From the NCBI RefSeq assembly GCF_001194135.2, contig NC_068986.1, forward strand, positions 110,519,983 through 110,575,739: DNA of 55,757 nt, given 5' to 3'. Position 1 is the stretch's first letter. Each line of letters begins with the position of its first letter. Below, piece by piece: positions 51,245 to 55,757 of the stretch. Position numbers and translations under genes: made by a program. The stretch is from Octopus bimaculoides. Taxonomy: Eukaryota. The notes beneath the pieces were generated by a model. That model was not told the origin of the DNA and did not search any database. It saw only the letters and a list, made by a program, of their open reading frames with translations.

Positions 51245-51432
51245 GAAATGTTTTGTGGGGAAGTTAGTTACAGGGACTCCAGTGCTGAAGGGGTCCTTAT
51301 TTTGTCGACTTCGAAAGGATATAAAGCAGAGTTAGCATTCGTGGAATTTGAAGTTAGAACGGAAAGAAGTGGACGAAACACCGCTAAGCATTTTGTCCGG
51401 TACCCAAACTATTTCGCAGGCTCGCAGCCTTT
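51245..51432 (-). mobile_element. Old family C SINE
   Basis: gtcgacttcgaaaggatat...ggaatttgaagttagaacg...ccgctaagcattttgtccgg. Confidence 0.65.
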
Positions 51433-52189
51433 TTCAAAATATAAATAAGACTATTTATTTTTTTAGAGACAAGTCAGCATTATTAAACACACATATGAAT
51501 AAAAGAGTCCCAGTGATAATCATACCGTCGGTTGGTCATGTGTTGCGTAGGGAGGTTTATGTGCCACTTCCAGCATGTCGAGTGACCATGTAGATACAAA
51601 TCTACGTTGTTACTATTGATGGAAAAGTTTCTTTATCGTTCGACAATGAAGTTCAGTTGTTCAGTTAAGCGAAGAACTTGATCCTGAATAAACATGTCAA
51701 GAGATAAAGGTTCCCCAGACTCGTGTACGCTTCACGTAATCTTCAAGCACAGCTATTCTGATCCTCATTACTAACTAATTATCAACGCGCTATCCAAATA
51801 TTGGTTTTGTATTATTTGATTCTCTGTCTTGATTTTTCAATAGCAATTTCCGTACAGGTTTATACAACAACTATGTGATTCTTATTAGCAAATGAAATAT
51901 GTGAAATGGTGACTAGATGAAAGCAAAATGCTTTTTACGCTCCTATTTGGTTATGGGATTCTGCAAATATTTCTAGAATATAGATGTGGCTCAAATGTGT
52001 ACAACAACAACAAAAACACAGTGGATAAAGGAATGAGAAGATGAGCTTCAAGAGGACACAACTAGGATATTGACCATACTTACATAATGTTACCCACACA
52101 CTCACATGTATATATGGAGAGAGGCAGAGAGAAAGTGAGAGTGAGATTATATATATATTTACACACACACACACAAATACACAGACATA

Positions 52190-52224
<35 letters not shown>

Positions 52225-52761
52225 NNNNNNNNNNNNNNNNNNNNNNNNNNNNNNNNNNNNNNNNNNNNNNNNNNNNNNNNNNNNNNNNNNNNNNNNNNNN
52301 NNNNNNNNNNNNNNNNNNNNNNNNNNNNNNNNNNNNNNNNNNNNNNNNNNNNNNNNNNNNNNNNNNNNNNNNNNNNNNNNNNNNNNNNNNNNNNNNNNNN
52401 NNNNNNNNNNNNNNNNNNNNNNNNNNNNNNNNNNNNNNNNNNNNNNNNNNNNNNNNNNNNNNNNNNNNNNNNNNNNNNNNNNNNNNNNNNNNNNNNNNNN
52501 NNNNNNNNNNNNNNNNNNNNNNNNNNNNNNNNNNNNNNNNNNNNNNNNNNNNNNNNNNNNNNNNNNNNNNNNNNNNNNNNNNNNNNNNNNNNNNNNNNNN
52601 NNNNNNNNNNNNNNNNNNNNNNNNNNNNNNNNNNNNNNNNNNNNNNNNNNNNNNNNNNNNNNNNNNNNNNNNNNNNNNNNNNNNNNNNNNNNNNNNNNNN
52701 NNNNNNNNNNNNNNNNNNNNNNNNNNNNNNNNNNNNNNNNNNNNNNNNNNNNNNNNNNNNN
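52225..52761. other. Assembly gap hiding the 3' end of the PLE endonuclease
   Basis: N run interrupting the open EN frame. Confidence 1.
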
Positions 52762-53031
52762 GTGGAGTCGCGAGGGAGTGGACCCATGGTGCAGGGCGAG
52801 GCCAAAAACGGAGATGTTAGAGGGTGAGTGGTTGGGCAGTTGGAAGTGACGGCCGACAGGGGAGTCCGAACCTAGCCGAACGTCCCTTAGGTGTTCGGTG
52901 AAACGGTCGGCCAGCCGGCGGCCCGTCTGCCCCACGTAGAGTTGGTTGCATAGGGTACATTTGATGCAGTAAATAAGGTTGGAGGAGGTGCAGGTGAAAC
53001 TGTGTGGAATGTGAAGTGTTTGTAGGTTCGA
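52762..53031 (-). mobile_element. Uninterrupted GIY-YIG endonuclease fragment of a Penelope-like retroelement (Neptune-like)
   Basis: SFTCTSSNLIYCIKCTLCNQLYVGQTGRRLADRFTEHLRDVRLGSDSPVGRHFQLPNH shows the LIY...YVG motif, catalytic R, CxxC between the two motifs and the H...H of CCHH; no stops over 90 codons. Confidence 0.92.
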
Positions 53032-53317
53032 TATATATATATATATATATGCATATCTATGTGATTCTACACATGTAGCAGTAAGTGTGCGTATGAATAT
53101 ATTAATAAGTGTGTGAGTGTATAGACAAGACGCGAGGGAGATCGACTTTATTGCAAAATTTATTCGATACATCCTATTTCAAAAGCTCTCATTTATTCCG
53201 AGAATCGTAGAATAATGAAAAGTAATTGACGTTAACATTCTTGTGCGTGTGTATGAGTGCTCGTACGTGTATGCATGTGTCTGTGTCTATGTGTGTGTCT
53301 GTGTGTATACATACATT

Positions 53318-53377
<60 letters not shown>

Positions 53378-53452
53378 TGTATATATATATATATAGATAT
53401 AGATGTATGTGTATGTATGTATACACACATACATATATATACATATATACAG

Positions 53453-53499
<47 letters not shown>

Positions 53500-53976
53500 T
53501 ACGCGTGCTTGTATGAGTTTATGCTTTAGTGGTGTTTATGTACTGGTATGTATATATGTCAGTGTTCCAGTCAGCGTGTGTATATACTTTGTGATACAAC
53601 CCTAAACATACAAAGTGCCTTGCCCTTTCGCAGAACCATCAATTTTAAAGACCACTCAATCTGTCAGTTTAACTCTTTTCTGCTTTATTGAATATCATCT
53701 CTTTTCTAGCAACAGCAAAGCATACATGTGTGTCTACATATATGCATCACTGTAAAGAAATACTCACTAATGTATTCCTGTTATATATATATGTATATGC
53801 ATTCAGTCGAACATATGTAGGCATTAACGCATGTGTGATCGTTTCTGTGTATTTACGTGTGTATTTGTATACACGTTGAAAGCAGTATACACAAGTACAC
53901 ATGTGCATACACATATATACAGATAATCATAGGCCTATGTGTACACAATTATGTTTTTATGCAGTGATTGTACATG

Positions 53977-54013
<37 letters not shown>

Positions 54014-54015
<2 letters not shown>

Positions 54016-54122
54016 GAGAATATATACAAATAATAACAACAGACGAGGACAGGTGGTGTAAATAACAAAAGTATATATTAGTATGACGCTCGGGAATACG
54101 GAAAGTCTTTGACGTTTCGAGC
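54014..54122 (-). mobile_element. PLE-type terminal fragment starting inside the hammerhead, embedded in (TA)n
   Basis: Minus strand gctc-GAAAC-GTC-aaag..., homologous to 28945-29070; (TA)n on both sides. Confidence 0.7.
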
Positions 54123-54694
54123 TATATATATATATATATATACGTATACAGTTTTCCTATACTTGTGTATACGTGTAAGCATAAACACGTATATAGTTAT
54201 GTATACGCATTTATATATATATATATATGTGTGTATGTGTTTCTGTGTGTGCATACGTATACCTGCAGACACGTCCATACACATACAAATGAAATATGTA
54301 GGAATCTATACATCAAACATATTGATCAAATCTCTCCGCACCTTCCCAGTTGCATTGAAATCTGTATGAAACACACGCGCGCACGCATAAATTCACACTC
54401 TCCCCCACATATTCACAGCCATGGATAGACAGAGAGAGAGGGAGATTGTGGGAGTCACAGAGACAGGCAAAGAGTGAGTGTGTAACAGAGAGACAGAGAA
54501 CAGAGAAGAGAATTACAGCTGTTTAATTACGCATATATATCATGAGACGCATACATGTGTATAGAAGTAGTTGAGACTAGAATGATTTATCTATAAATTG
54601 ATGCGTTTATGAATATATATCAGTCATACCTGCACACGCATACATATAGACTGACAAAGAGATATACGTACATGCAAACGGGCACAGTTATGTA

Positions 54695-54726
<32 letters not shown>

Positions 54727-55051
54727 NNNNNNNNNNNNNNNNNNNNNNNNNNNNNNNNNNNNNNNNGAGTATAAATTAAAAAAATATATATACACGCATT
54801 TAAGAAAATGAACATTTATTTAATTACTCGCATACATGCTTATATATGCATTTATTCTATAAGGATGTATACACATATGTATGTATATTTATGTGTGTGT
54901 GTGTGTGTGTGTAATAGCAAATGTTTGATGCGTCCCTCTCTCACTGTCCAACCCTTTACATATCCTCACCTGTGCATTTACCCACTCTCTCCACTGTGTT
55001 CAATATTCTACTGACACTGCTTCCTCCAGAGGTTTACGACTCAGATATTTC

Positions 55052-55056
<5 letters not shown>

Positions 55057-55131
<75 letters not shown>

Positions 55132-55170
55132 CAGAGAGAGAGACAGAGAGAGAGAGACAGACAGACAAAC
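55057..55170. repeat. (GA)n/(GACA)n microsatellite
   Basis: Read directly. Confidence 0.95.
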
Positions 55171-55757
55171 AGAAAGAAAACTAGTAAGACTTTTATGTTT
55201 TGTACTTTGACTTTTCAGGAGAATACACTCTGCATATTATCTGGCGAATATAATTTATGCTTCGTATCTAAATCAAATGATATCGTTTGTGATAATTTGT
55301 GAAAGTCTAAATAGTGTTCAGTATTTTCTCTCTGTGTATCTCAACTCAAGTTTTGTTCTATCAAGATTACGCAAATTAAAACAAATCAAATCTCTTTACT
55401 ATGTCCTCCAGATTCCAGCTGAAGTAGGCAGAAATTTTTTATTATATATGTGTGTGTGTGTGTGTATGTGTGTGTGTGTGTGTGTGCGTATGTGTGTCTG
55501 TGTGTGTGTGTGTTTGAGTGTGTAATTAATATTCTACTTTAAAGACTATTGATTACGGTGACCGTACTGAGAATTTGTACGAGTAGCCCAGTGAATCTTT
55601 GAGAAGATTGTATATGTACGTAAGCACACAGACACACACACTCACACATACACACACACACGCACACACACACACACGCACACACACACGCATTCACATG
55701 AACATACATATTCTTCTACGTGTGTGAATATACATATGTATATATATATATATATAT

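Noticed and set aside
1-55757. Most ORFs in the supplied six-frame track (YI/VC/HT/poly-X and X-filled ORFs)
   Set aside because: They are translations of microsatellites or N gaps, not genes.

Overview
AT-rich, repeat-saturated animal genomic DNA from a gapped short-read assembly, with about 20 N gaps that almost all abut microsatellites. The SINE families match what I recall from octopus/coleoid genomes; that assignment comes from memory, not from a search. There are no bacterial genes, rRNA, true tRNA genes or CRISPR arrays. Nearly every ORF in the supplied track is a microsatellite or N-gap artefact. Supportable content: (1) about 20 copies or fragments of tRNA-headed SINEs from several modular families: 'A' (CORE-like block plus internal microsatellite), 'C' (MetaSINE-like central domain) and 'D'/OR-like (shared tail). 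(2) Remnants of three distinct Penelope-like element (PLE) lineages carrying GIY-YIG endonuclease sequence. (3) Several minimal hammerhead-ribozyme (HHR) motifs in PLE termini. (4) Two LINE remnants. (5) A few unverified splice-bounded exon candidates, including a phase-compatible chain encoding a 65-aa protein. The most notable structure is at 26647-27148 (minus strand): a Penelope/Poseidon-type endonuclease stop codon followed in one colinear unit by a tRNA-like Pol III A/B-box module, an (AAT)n spacer and a minimal type I hammerhead ribozyme.
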